A program made the translations under genes and the position numbers. A stretch of 64,000 nucleotides of DNA from Gammaproteobacteria bacterium UBA6940 (lineage in GTDB: Bacteria > Pseudomonadota > Gammaproteobacteria > Pseudomonadales > UBA6940), in NCBI GenBank assembly GCA_002450655.1, contig DJZY01000076.1, positions 49,594 to 113,593 on the forward strand, read 5' to 3'. Below are positions 55,111 to 62,898 of this stretch, piece after piece. A model generated the notes under the pieces. The model saw nothing but the letters and a program-made list of their open reading frames with translations, had not been told where the DNA came from and did not search any database. Position 1 is the stretch's first letter. Each line of letters begins with the position of its first letter.

Positions 55111-56448
55111 ATGGCTGTTTGTAGTGCTATATCTTCTGTAATTGATACAGCTTCCAAGTATGAAATCCCTTCAATTTGTAATGTACTTGCAAACTTATGC
55201 GGATCAAGTCAAAAAGAGCAGCCAAAGTGTTGTAATGCATTAGGTGATATGAAATCACCACAGATAAAATGCACTGCTGGTCTGCATGTTCTTTCAGAGG
55301 TTGATGCTTCTCGTCGAATGACTAAATCAGTTTTACGAGCTGGCTTTCAAAAAGCATTATTTGAAAAAGGCGCTTTTCTTGCAAACTTTATTAAAGAGCC
55401 TCGGGCTTTAGCAGCAATTTCTCCACCGGAGTTTGAGTCTGGCTTTATCGCAGAAACCAATTCAAATTGGGCTTCGACAATTGGGTATCGAAAAAAAATG
55501 GGCAAAACTATGGATGACGCCCATTTAGGCCGAGCTTTTGATTTTACAGCTGGTGGTGTTGTATATAAAGCAACGTTAACAGGCATTTTTGATGGTTTTG
55601 GTGGCCCTGTCGTTTCTCGAACGATAGAGTCGAAAATAACGCCTCTTTTAATGCGTAACCTTGAACGTTTTAACCAGTCAACTTTATCCGATAAAAACAT
55701 TTATAATGCATTGCGACAAACAATGGCAGATATTGAAACCTATGCTCAATCTAACTCAGATTTAGCAGAAGCCTTCAAAGAAGTGGGTAGTACTCTGAAT
55801 ATAGGCGTGCAAATCGGACAGCAGCTTTATACTGCAAACCTTGGTGATTCTCGCTCTATCTTGGTCAGCATCAAAAATGGAACAGTATCTATCCGTCAAT
55901 TAACAGAGGATCAAAAAGTCAGTGCTGATCTAAAGGCTATTGGTCAGAGCGCATTGAATCGTGACAATGAGAATGAGCTGGTTACCGGTTATTTTGAAAG
56001 ACGGGTAAAAAAAGGTGGTGGAACATATAGAGGGAACAGGGTATTCACGCCTTGGTCAAAGCAAAAAATTATGGTGACTCGAGCCATAGGTGCGCTTAAT
56101 CATAAGGGGGCGTTAGAAAGCCTTGCAAAGGTTGGCAAAGTTCCACTTGATCCAGATGCAACACATATTTTTATGCAAGGATGTGATGGCTTATTTGATG
56201 TTGCAAATTCTGAGGATTATGCGCAGTTACATATTGAGCTGCAAAATAATCCAGATTTCTTGGACTCAGGCATGACAACATCAGAAGCCTTCGTTAAAAA
56301 TGCATACGCTCTCAAATCGAAAGATAATTTAACATCAATGGTGACTTTAATTAAGGTAAGTCATGACGATGTAAAAATTGAAACAGATCAAATAGGGGTA
56401 AAGCAGGCGCAGGATTATATGGATGATTTGTTGAAAGTAAAAGTTTAA
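55111..56448 (+). CDS. PP2C-family Ser/Thr phosphatase-like protein with unknown about 125-aa N-terminal region
   Basis: PP2C motif series: MDDAH, GIFDGFGGP, ANLGDSRSIL, VTRAIGAL, GCDGLFDV, KDNLTSMV. Confidence 0.8.
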   Translation: MAVCSAISSVIDTASKYEIPSICNVLANLCGSSQKEQPKCCNALGDMKSPQIKCTAGLHVLSEVDASRRMTKSVLRAGFQKALFEKGAFLANFIKEPRALAAISPPEFESGFIAETNSNWASTIGYRKKMGKTMDDAHLGRAFDFTAGGVVYKATLTGIFDGFGGPVVSRTIESKITPLLMRNLERFNQSTLSDKNIYNALRQTMADIETYAQSNSDLAEAFKEVGSTLNIGVQIGQQLYTANLGDSRSILVSIKNGTVSIRQLTEDQKVSADLKAIGQSALNRDNENELVTGYFERRVKKGGGTYRGNRVFTPWSKQKIMVTRAIGALNHKGALESLAKVGKVPLDPDATHIFMQGCDGLFDVANSEDYAQLHIELQNNPDFLDSGMTTSEAFVKNAYALKSKDNLTSMVTLIKVSHDDVKIETDQIGVKQAQDYMDDLLKVKV

Positions 56449-56573
56449 AAAGCTGTTATTTCAATGGGTTAAGTTGTTTATAAATTCTCCAATTTTTCTA
56501 ATTAATGTAATTGCGCGTACTTATGAACGGTGCTTGATTGTTAAACTGTATTTTTTAAATCTAAGGCATAAAT

Positions 56574-57164
56574 ATGGTTACTTCCAGCACATTAAACCCA
56601 TCAGGGGTTACCACAAAGAATAGTAGCGCCACTTTTGTGGAACAGTCAGAGCTCGCATCACTTGATACTGTTAATAGCACAGCTTCAGGAAAAGTTAGTG
56701 CCAATTCTAAAGACATGAAAGGGCCAATAGAGCATGGACATCAGTTAGCGATTCCTGAGATTCAGGTTGATGGTGTATCAATCGTTGCACCGCAAAAGAA
56801 AGCTCAAGATGTTCTTGTCGTGAAAAAAAGTCATGACGAAGTAAGTGATGACTCCAGTGAAGAAGCTAAAGCAGATAAGAAATTTCATTACCATGAAGGT
56901 ATGAGCAGACAGCAAGCTGAAGCCTATTTAAACTTACACCCTGAAGAAGTTTTTGTAACTCGTCCTTCATCTCGTGGAGATGTTCAAGCCATGACGTTTA
57001 AAAGTAAAGTTGATGGTAAGTTTAAAAACTATTTGGTGAGTGTCCCAAAAATTTTAGATGGTCAAATGCTTGTGCATTGGTCAGGAAAGCCGACTTTAAT
57101 TGGTGATGGTTCAAGCTCTGTTTCCTTGGAAAGTTTGTTGCGTTTTATTGAGACTGGCAGATAA
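56574..57164 (+). CDS. SH2-domain protein (C-terminal SH2, disordered N-terminus)
   Basis: FHYHEGMSRQQAEAYL...EEVFVTRPSS...QAMTFK...KNYLV matches the SH2 pattern W/F-Y-H-G-x-hS-R-x2-AE-x-LL ... FLVRxS ... hh. Confidence 0.7.
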   Translation: MVTSSTLNPSGVTTKNSSATFVEQSELASLDTVNSTASGKVSANSKDMKGPIEHGHQLAIPEIQVDGVSIVAPQKKAQDVLVVKKSHDEVSDDSSEEAKADKKFHYHEGMSRQQAEAYLNLHPEEVFVTRPSSRGDVQAMTFKSKVDGKFKNYLVSVPKILDGQMLVHWSGKPTLIGDGSSSVSLESLLRFIETGR

Positions 57165-57168
57165 AAAA

Positions 57169-57195
57169 GTAAAAGCCCAATTTTTGGGCTTTTAC
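57169..57195. terminator. hairpin/terminator between convergent SH2 and rubredoxin-reductase genes
   Basis: GTAAAAGCCCAA-ttt-TTGGGCTTTTAC. A and T tracts lie within and around the stem. Confidence 0.6.
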
Positions 57196-57214
57196 ACTTG
57201 TATTGACGCTTTAA

Positions 57215-58432
57215 TTAAAGCTTGACTTGATCAAGGTATCCAAGCGTTTGCGTTGCAAGTGCTTGGCGCTCTTTAGTTGCTGCGCCAGCAAGACAGAAAC
57301 CAACTAATTGCTCACCTCTGTAGTAGAAAGTACGAACTGCTGGCTCTTCATCCGTGATAATTTCTTCTTTCACTGTAAGTTCTGGGTGTTGAGCATCTAG
57401 TGGTGGACATACAACCATTGGGAATGAGCTTGTTTTAACGGCGACAGGCATGCATGGGTATTTTAATTCAGCATCTTTACCAGTTAAAACTTGTGCGAGT
57501 ACGCGGGCGCCTTCCATGATTGGTAAAATATATGGGAGTACAAGGCCTTCAACTTCAACGCAATCCCCAAGTGCATAGATGTTCGCTTCTGATGTTTGAA
57601 GTTGCGTATTGCAAACAATGCCTTTATTTGTTTTGAGACCAATTGAATTCGCAAGTTCAAGGCGAGGGCGCAAGCCAAGAGCACTAATGACAAGATCTGC
57701 TTCAATAACTTCTGATCCAGTTTTAATCTGATAAATTGTTTTATCATCTTGTGCTACTTCAGTAATAGACTCAACAGCAGTCTCAGTCTTAACATCAAAA
57801 CCAAGCGCTTTAAATTCACGCTCTAATGCTTCACTCAGGTTTGCTGAGATAAGGCGTGGTAGAAGCTGATTTTCACGCTCAATAAGCGTAATTTGATGTT
57901 CTGCAAAATGAATGTCATTCGCCAGTTCACAGCCAACAAGACCGCCACCAATAATTGCAATACGGGCTTTATCACCAGCTGCATCTAATTTAGCACGGAA
58001 GTTGTTGTAGTCGTTAATGTGGTTAATTGCTACTGCATTCTCAATGCCAGGAATGGCAGGTGCAAAAGGTTCTGCGCCAACAGCAAGAACAAGCTTGTCG
58101 TATGCAAGGGTTTTAAGTTCAACCTGGCCTGCATCAAGCGTTTGTTCTAGATGAATAATTTGAGTTGTAGTATCAACTTTTGTCACTTGAGCATGTGCAA
58201 TTGTTTGAATTTGCGTTTTTTCTGCAAGAACAGTGCTGTCTTGCATGACAAGTCTTTCAAGAGGTAGCTTTTTAATAAAAGCATTAGAAAGCATAGGCTT
58301 AGAATAAAAGCCACCTTGGTCTGCTGAAACTACAGTGATAGCTTGTTCTGGGTTTGCTTTACGAAGCTCGCGGGCAAGGCTGACGCCAGCCTGTCCACTA
58401 CCAATAATAACAATTGGGTTGTTAGAAGCCAT
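57215..58432 (-). CDS. rubredoxin-NAD(+) reductase (FAD-dependent pyridine nucleotide-disulfide oxidoreductase)
   Basis: IVIIGSGQAG (FAD), IAIIGGGLVGCE (NAD), ALGDC. Lies immediately downstream of rubredoxin. Confidence 0.85.
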   Translation of the reverse strand: MASNNPIVIIGSGQAGVSLARELRKANPEQAITVVSADQGGFYSKPMLSNAFIKKLPLERLVMQDSTVLAEKTQIQTIAHAQVTKVDTTTQIIHLEQTLDAGQVELKTLAYDKLVLAVGAEPFAPAIPGIENAVAINHINDYNNFRAKLDAAGDKARIAIIGGGLVGCELANDIHFAEHQITLIERENQLLPRLISANLSEALEREFKALGFDVKTETAVESITEVAQDDKTIYQIKTGSEVIEADLVISALGLRPRLELANSIGLKTNKGIVCNTQLQTSEANIYALGDCVEVEGLVLPYILPIMEGARVLAQVLTGKDAELKYPCMPVAVKTSSFPMVVCPPLDAQHPELTVKEEIITDEEPAVRTFYYRGEQLVGFCLAGAATKERQALATQTLGYLDQVKL

Positions 58433-58498
58433 GCTGGCATCTCCTTTAGGTACTTATTCAAGTAGGTACTGTATTTAAGAAAGGATTGCTAATAGGTT

Positions 58499-58675
58499 TT
58501 AGAATGCAACCATTTCGAAGTCATCTTTACCGACGCCACAATCTGGGCATAACCAATCAGCAGGTACATCTTCCCATGCAGTACCTGGTTCAATACCATC
58601 TTCTGGCCAGCCTAGAGCTTCATCATAGATAAGACCACAAACAATACACTGCCATTTACGCGTATTTTCAGACAT
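58499..58675 (-). CDS. rubredoxin
   Basis: WQCIVCG...WLCPDCG iron ligands. GGAG lies 8 nt before ATG 58675. The ORF track extends to 58726. Confidence 0.95.
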   Translation of the reverse strand: MSENTRKWQCIVCGLIYDEALGWPEDGIEPGTAWEDVPADWLCPDCGVGKDDFEMVAF

Positions 58676-58899
58676 AGATAACTCCGATGTTAAAAAGAAT
58701 TCTTTTGTTATAAAAACCTTACACATTTTAAGGTTGTTTATACTAAATTGAGAGGCATCACACTATCGTGAAAGTATGCCAAGACAAAAATGGTATCTAC
58801 TCTATGGCGGAACGTATCAGACGTCAAGTTCTCCATGAGATGACTTCGCATAATCCATTGAAAAAGAAGCATCAGCTTATGGTGTAAAGGGGTAAATAT

Positions 58900-59511
58900 A
58901 TGAGTGAGTTACTTAATATTGATTTTGCATCTTACGGGGTAAAGGAGCATCTTCAATCCTATCTCAATGAAATTTGGCCGCAAATGCGCCTGTTTGCACA
59001 ACGGCAGTTGCGTCAAGATGCACTTGCTGAAGATCTTGTTCAGGAAGCGTTGCTGTCTGCGATACAAAATGCAGATAAGTTTAAAGGACAAGCAGCAGTT
59101 AAAACGTGGGTCTTTTCCATTCTCAGACGTAAAATAGCAGATCATTTTCGTAAATCACCACGAACACCCACAGATCAAACAGTGAATATGACTGATGAAT
59201 CTGAAGAGTCTTTGGATATTCTTTTTGATGAAAGAGGGCGCTGGCATCCGCACTTTCAACCTGTTGAATGGGGAAATCCTGAAGCCACGAGGGTTCAAGA
59301 TGAATTCTGGGTCACGTTTGATCTGTGTTTAAATGAGTTACCTGAGCAACAATGCACTACTTTTATGATGAGGGAATATATAGGTCTATCAACGGACGAA
59401 ATTGTCAGTGAGCTTAAGATCTCAATTAATGCTGTCAATGTCACTTTGCATAGAGCAAGGATACGGCTTCAGCAATGTTTGAGTATTCGCTGGTTTGGAG
59501 AACAACAATGA
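58900..59511 (+). CDS. ECF-subfamily RNA polymerase sigma factor
   Basis: Region 2: DLVQEALLSAIQNADKFKGQAAVKTWVFSILRRKIADHFR. Region 4: REYIGLSTDEIVSELKISINAVNVTLHRARIRL. Confidence 0.85.
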   Translation: MSELLNIDFASYGVKEHLQSYLNEIWPQMRLFAQRQLRQDALAEDLVQEALLSAIQNADKFKGQAAVKTWVFSILRRKIADHFRKSPRTPTDQTVNMTDESEESLDILFDERGRWHPHFQPVEWGNPEATRVQDEFWVTFDLCLNELPEQQCTTFMMREYIGLSTDEIVSELKISINAVNVTLHRARIRLQQCLSIRWFGEQQ

Positions 59512-59729
59512 AACACTGTGAAGCAATTACATTTTTAATATCAGAGTCGCAAGATCGCTCGCTGACATTAGGAGAGCGCTTCCGTTTGAAAACTCATCTT
59601 ATGATGTGTCGTCACTGTAGAACATATGAGCAAAGCGTGCATCAAATTCGAGACATGATGAAATCATATTCATCTCTTGATGAGGTTTCATCAACAGAAA
59701 CTCAAAGACCAGACCCCCGCAATCATTAG
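59508..59729 (+). CDS. zf-HC2 (ZAS-type) anti-sigma factor, short soluble form
   Basis: Its ATG overlaps the sigma-factor stop (ATGA). Contains the H-x3-C-x2-C motif (THLMMCRHC). The ORF track starts at 59475. Confidence 0.7.
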   Translation: MKHCEAITFLISESQDRSLTLGERFRLKTHLMMCRHCRTYEQSVHQIRDMMKSYSSLDEVSSTETQRPDPRNH

Positions 59730-60937
59730 TCAATGAAGGCTGGCACAATCATTGAGCCTAGAACTATCGGCTGTGTAGCTCCAGTAAAGTTAAATGTATT
59801 GACTGGTTTATTATAGAAGCGTTGTTTGGCAAGCCAAGCAAATGCAGCAGCTTCAAGGAACTCAGGATCAAGATTAAAGTCTTCACTAGACATAACGACG
59901 GCTAGAGTTGCTAACCTTGTCTGGAGAAGCTCCATGAGCAATGGGTTGCGTGTTCCACCACCTGCAATAATAATCTTATTCTGCCCTGAACTTGAGTGTG
60001 TTTGGCTGAGTAATTTTTCAATATGCATTGCCACGCTTTCAACTGTGAAATGATAAAGCGTTGCCTGTACATCTTCATTGCTTAAATTGAGACTTTTAAG
60101 CTGGCTATCCAACCAATCAATATTAAAAATCTCAGGCCCTGTGCTTTTGGGTGTAGGCGCTTCAAAATATGGGTGCTGTAATAACCTTTGCAGCAGGGTT
60201 ATATTGCATTCTCCTGATGCGCCCCAAGCCCCATTTTTGTCAAAACTTTGCTTGAGGTGTCGATAGACCCATTGGTTTAATAATGTATTTGCAGGGCCTG
60301 TATCACAGGCATGTGTTTTAATTTCGCCTGTGATTTTATGCTCCAGAACCGTAATATTAGCAATGCCGCCTAGGTTAAGAACAACTGTATAAACAGACTG
60401 TTTTAAATCAGGTGCACTTGGGAAAAATGCTTCGTGAAAGAGTGGAGCAAGTGGTGCACCTTGGCCTTGGGCAGCCATATCCATACTTCTAAAGTCGTAA
60501 CAAATAGGTGTTTTTAGTGCCATACATAGGTAGTGTGGGTCACCGATTTGCATGGTAAAGGCATGAGCACCTTTTGGGTGGTGTCTAATGGTTTGGCCGT
60601 GATTACCTATCGCTTTTAATTCTTGCTGTCCAATCTTAGCTTGATACTTAGGTTGCTGAGTGAATTGCAGAGCGCAGTCAGCATAGAATTTACCGAGTTT
60701 GACTTGTAGCTCACCAAACTGAATACAGTTAAACGTAGGGGACAAGGCTGTATGCGCAAGCTCAGTACGTAGTGCTTCTGGGTATTCAACATAGTGAGTC
60801 ACAATGTCGTGTATTTGATCGCCATGAAAACAGACTGCCGCAAGGTCAACGCCGTCCAAACTTGTGCCAGACATTATACCCATAAACCATTCCAGGTTTA
60901 GGTTGCTTTTATTTGCTGACAAGTCCGCTTTTTTCAT
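59726..60937 (-). CDS. anmK: anhydro-N-acetylmuramic acid kinase AnmK
   Basis: GIMSGTSLDGVDLA, NLGGIAN, IIAGGGTRNPLLM. Confidence 0.9.
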   Translation of the reverse strand: MKKADLSANKSNLNLEWFMGIMSGTSLDGVDLAAVCFHGDQIHDIVTHYVEYPEALRTELAHTALSPTFNCIQFGELQVKLGKFYADCALQFTQQPKYQAKIGQQELKAIGNHGQTIRHHPKGAHAFTMQIGDPHYLCMALKTPICYDFRSMDMAAQGQGAPLAPLFHEAFFPSAPDLKQSVYTVVLNLGGIANITVLEHKITGEIKTHACDTGPANTLLNQWVYRHLKQSFDKNGAWGASGECNITLLQRLLQHPYFEAPTPKSTGPEIFNIDWLDSQLKSLNLSNEDVQATLYHFTVESVAMHIEKLLSQTHSSSGQNKIIIAGGGTRNPLLMELLQTRLATLAVVMSSEDFNLDPEFLEAAAFAWLAKQRFYNKPVNTFNFTGATQPIVLGSMIVPAFID

Positions 60938-60946
60938 GATGGCTCT

Positions 60947-62542
60947 CTAATTTAACTCTAATGTTTCAGACACTTCTTGTTCATTATTTTGAGGTGCTTT
61001 GGTTTTAAAGGCAAGGTGAACTGTGGCAAACCCTGGGTAGACAACTTGGTTGTTAGCAAGTCCTACAACTTCACCTTTAAAAGGCGAGGTTAGAAGGTAT
61101 TGCTCATTGGTAATAGGGTTTGTAATTGTGCCAAGTAGGTCGCCTGGTTCAATTTTATCGCCAAGTTTAACTTTAGAAAAGAATATGCCGCCATGTTCAG
61201 CGCGTACCCAAAGGGATTCATAGTAGACAGGTTTTGGAGTGCCCCAGAAACTGAGTTTTTTATACATTCCAAGAGAATCCATTAAATTTAAAATACCTTC
61301 AACGCCATGCTCTACAGCTGTTGCATCCAATATCATAGGGCCGCCAAGCTCAAGAGTAACAGCTGGAATGCCATTTTTAACCGCTGCTTTTCGAAGAGTG
61401 CCTTCTGCACCTGATGATTGAAGTACAAGTGTCGAGCCAAAACCTTCAGTCATCTCAACAACACTTGGTACTTTTAAATCTGCACGGAGTTGGGGAATAT
61501 TATCTCGATAAAAAGAGCCTGTATGAACATCAACAAGTGCAGAACAATTGGTGATAACTTGGTGGAAAAAGGAATACGCAATTCTAGATGCTAAGCTACC
61601 ATGCTGTGTTCCAGGGAAGAAGCGGTTTAAATCACGACGGTCTACAAGATAGCGGGAGCTTCTGAGAAAGCCTTGAATATTAACAATTGGTACACCAATA
61701 AGGGTGCCTTTCAATTTTGATGCTTTAACGGAGTGAAGCACCTGGCGAACAATCTCAATGCCATTCAGTTCATCACCATGAACTGCACCAGTGATACAGA
61801 GTGTTGGGCCTGCTTCGGCGCCATTCACAACTAATACAGGTGCTTGGCTTGCAAGACCTTTCAGCGCATGGCCTGGTCGCCAAGCAACTCGTGTTGCTAA
61901 ACCTGGTGGAATTTCAGTCCCTAAGAGTGTAATAGAGCGAGATTTTGGCGCTTCTGGCTCCTCTGGTGTCTCTTGAGCGATTTCTGGTGTTACAGTTTCA
62001 GTATTGTCGCTATCAGTCGTTGCTTCAGTAACTTCATCTGATGATGCTTGCTGCTCTAAAGCTTGCTCTTGTTTTTTTTCTTCAGCGACATCTTTTTTTG
62101 GTGATTCTACACGTTCAGTAACGACTTCTTCTGTCGTTTCTGTTGTTGATGGAATTTCCTCAAGATCACTAGACTCGACGGAGACTTCATCTGTGGGTTG
62201 TGAATCCTGGAGGATTTTCGTGTCTTCCTCTGAACGATCAAGGGTTGGTGCAGGCATTTCGAGCTTTTCTGTCATTGGTTCTGTTGCAGGAAGCTCGGTT
62301 TCAATAATAGGGTTTTCTTTTTGCACTTCTTCTGCAGGTACTTCCTGTACCTTTGGCATTTTTGGTGATGGTAATGCATGAAGTTCAGGTTTAGTTGTGG
62401 TCTTTGGTTGAGCTTCTATTTCATCGCTTAATGCTTCACTTTCGGAGGCAAGTAGTACAGCCGACGGGATACATATTAATCCAGCCACTAAACAACAGCA
62501 GATGTGTTTGAATTTTGAGTTTGAGGCAATAAAACGCCGCAT
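60947..62542 (-). CDS. secreted succinylglutamate-desuccinylase/aspartoacylase (AstE/AspA, M14-like) family protein with long acidic linker
   Basis: Signal peptide, then about 190 aa of E/T/P-rich low complexity, then ITGAVHGDELNGIEIV (Zn site) and the family core. Ends 9 nt upstream of anmK. Confidence 0.75.
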   Translation of the reverse strand: MRRFIASNSKFKHICCCLVAGLICIPSAVLLASESEALSDEIEAQPKTTTKPELHALPSPKMPKVQEVPAEEVQKENPIIETELPATEPMTEKLEMPAPTLDRSEEDTKILQDSQPTDEVSVESSDLEEIPSTTETTEEVVTERVESPKKDVAEEKKQEQALEQQASSDEVTEATTDSDNTETVTPEIAQETPEEPEAPKSRSITLLGTEIPPGLATRVAWRPGHALKGLASQAPVLVVNGAEAGPTLCITGAVHGDELNGIEIVRQVLHSVKASKLKGTLIGVPIVNIQGFLRSSRYLVDRRDLNRFFPGTQHGSLASRIAYSFFHQVITNCSALVDVHTGSFYRDNIPQLRADLKVPSVVEMTEGFGSTLVLQSSGAEGTLRKAAVKNGIPAVTLELGGPMILDATAVEHGVEGILNLMDSLGMYKKLSFWGTPKPVYYESLWVRAEHGGIFFSKVKLGDKIEPGDLLGTITNPITNEQYLLTSPFKGEVVGLANNQVVYPGFATVHLAFKTKAPQNNEQEVSETLELN

Positions 62543-62675
62543 GTATTATATCTCCGATATACTGTGGTGAATGCTTGGGGTTGAGAGTAGGGTTTAGACT
62601 AGTTCAACTTATTAATGATGCAATTATCTGTCATAAATAGACTATTCTCTGAATTAAAGAGTTGCATTATGATTG

Positions 62676-62692
62676 AGGCAACGTCCTTAAAG
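62676..62692 (-). promoter_or_regulatory. copy 4 of recurrent 17-nt motif (minus strand: CTTTAAGGACGTTGCCT)
   Basis: Lies 133 nt upstream of the M14-like gene start, in the same orientation as that gene. Confidence 0.5.
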
Positions 62693-62860
62693 TTTCTAAG
62701 AATGAATAACTCTACTCAAGAGTATTGCTGTGCTTTTATAAATAAAGGAAAAAGATTTGTTCCATAAGAGTATAGTCCTGTAGTAAGAAACCACTAGGTG
62801 AAAAAGAAGGCAAAGAAACTTAATTTCTTTGCATAATATGGGTAGCAGAGCCAGCAACGA

Positions 62861-62877
62861 CTTTAGGGGCGTTGTCT
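62861..62877 (+). promoter_or_regulatory. copy 5 of recurrent 17-nt motif (CTTTAGGGGCGTTGTCT)
   Basis: Faces the sensor gene that begins at about 62899. Divergent from copy 4 in the same spacer. Confidence 0.5.
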
Positions 62878-62898
62878 AGGGTAATAGGGTAAATAGTT

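Noticed and set aside
58805-58835. GGAAC...CGTC string upstream of the ECF sigma gene as an autoregulated ECF promoter
   Set aside because: The spacing between the AAC and CGT elements is about 9 nt instead of 16-17, and no alternative -10 fits.
62004-62381. 125-aa Ser-rich plus-strand ORF
   Set aside because: It is antisense to the acidic E/T-rich linker of the M14-like protein, because GAA/GAG/ACT codons read as Ser/Phe on the opposite strand. There is no RBS, so it is spurious.
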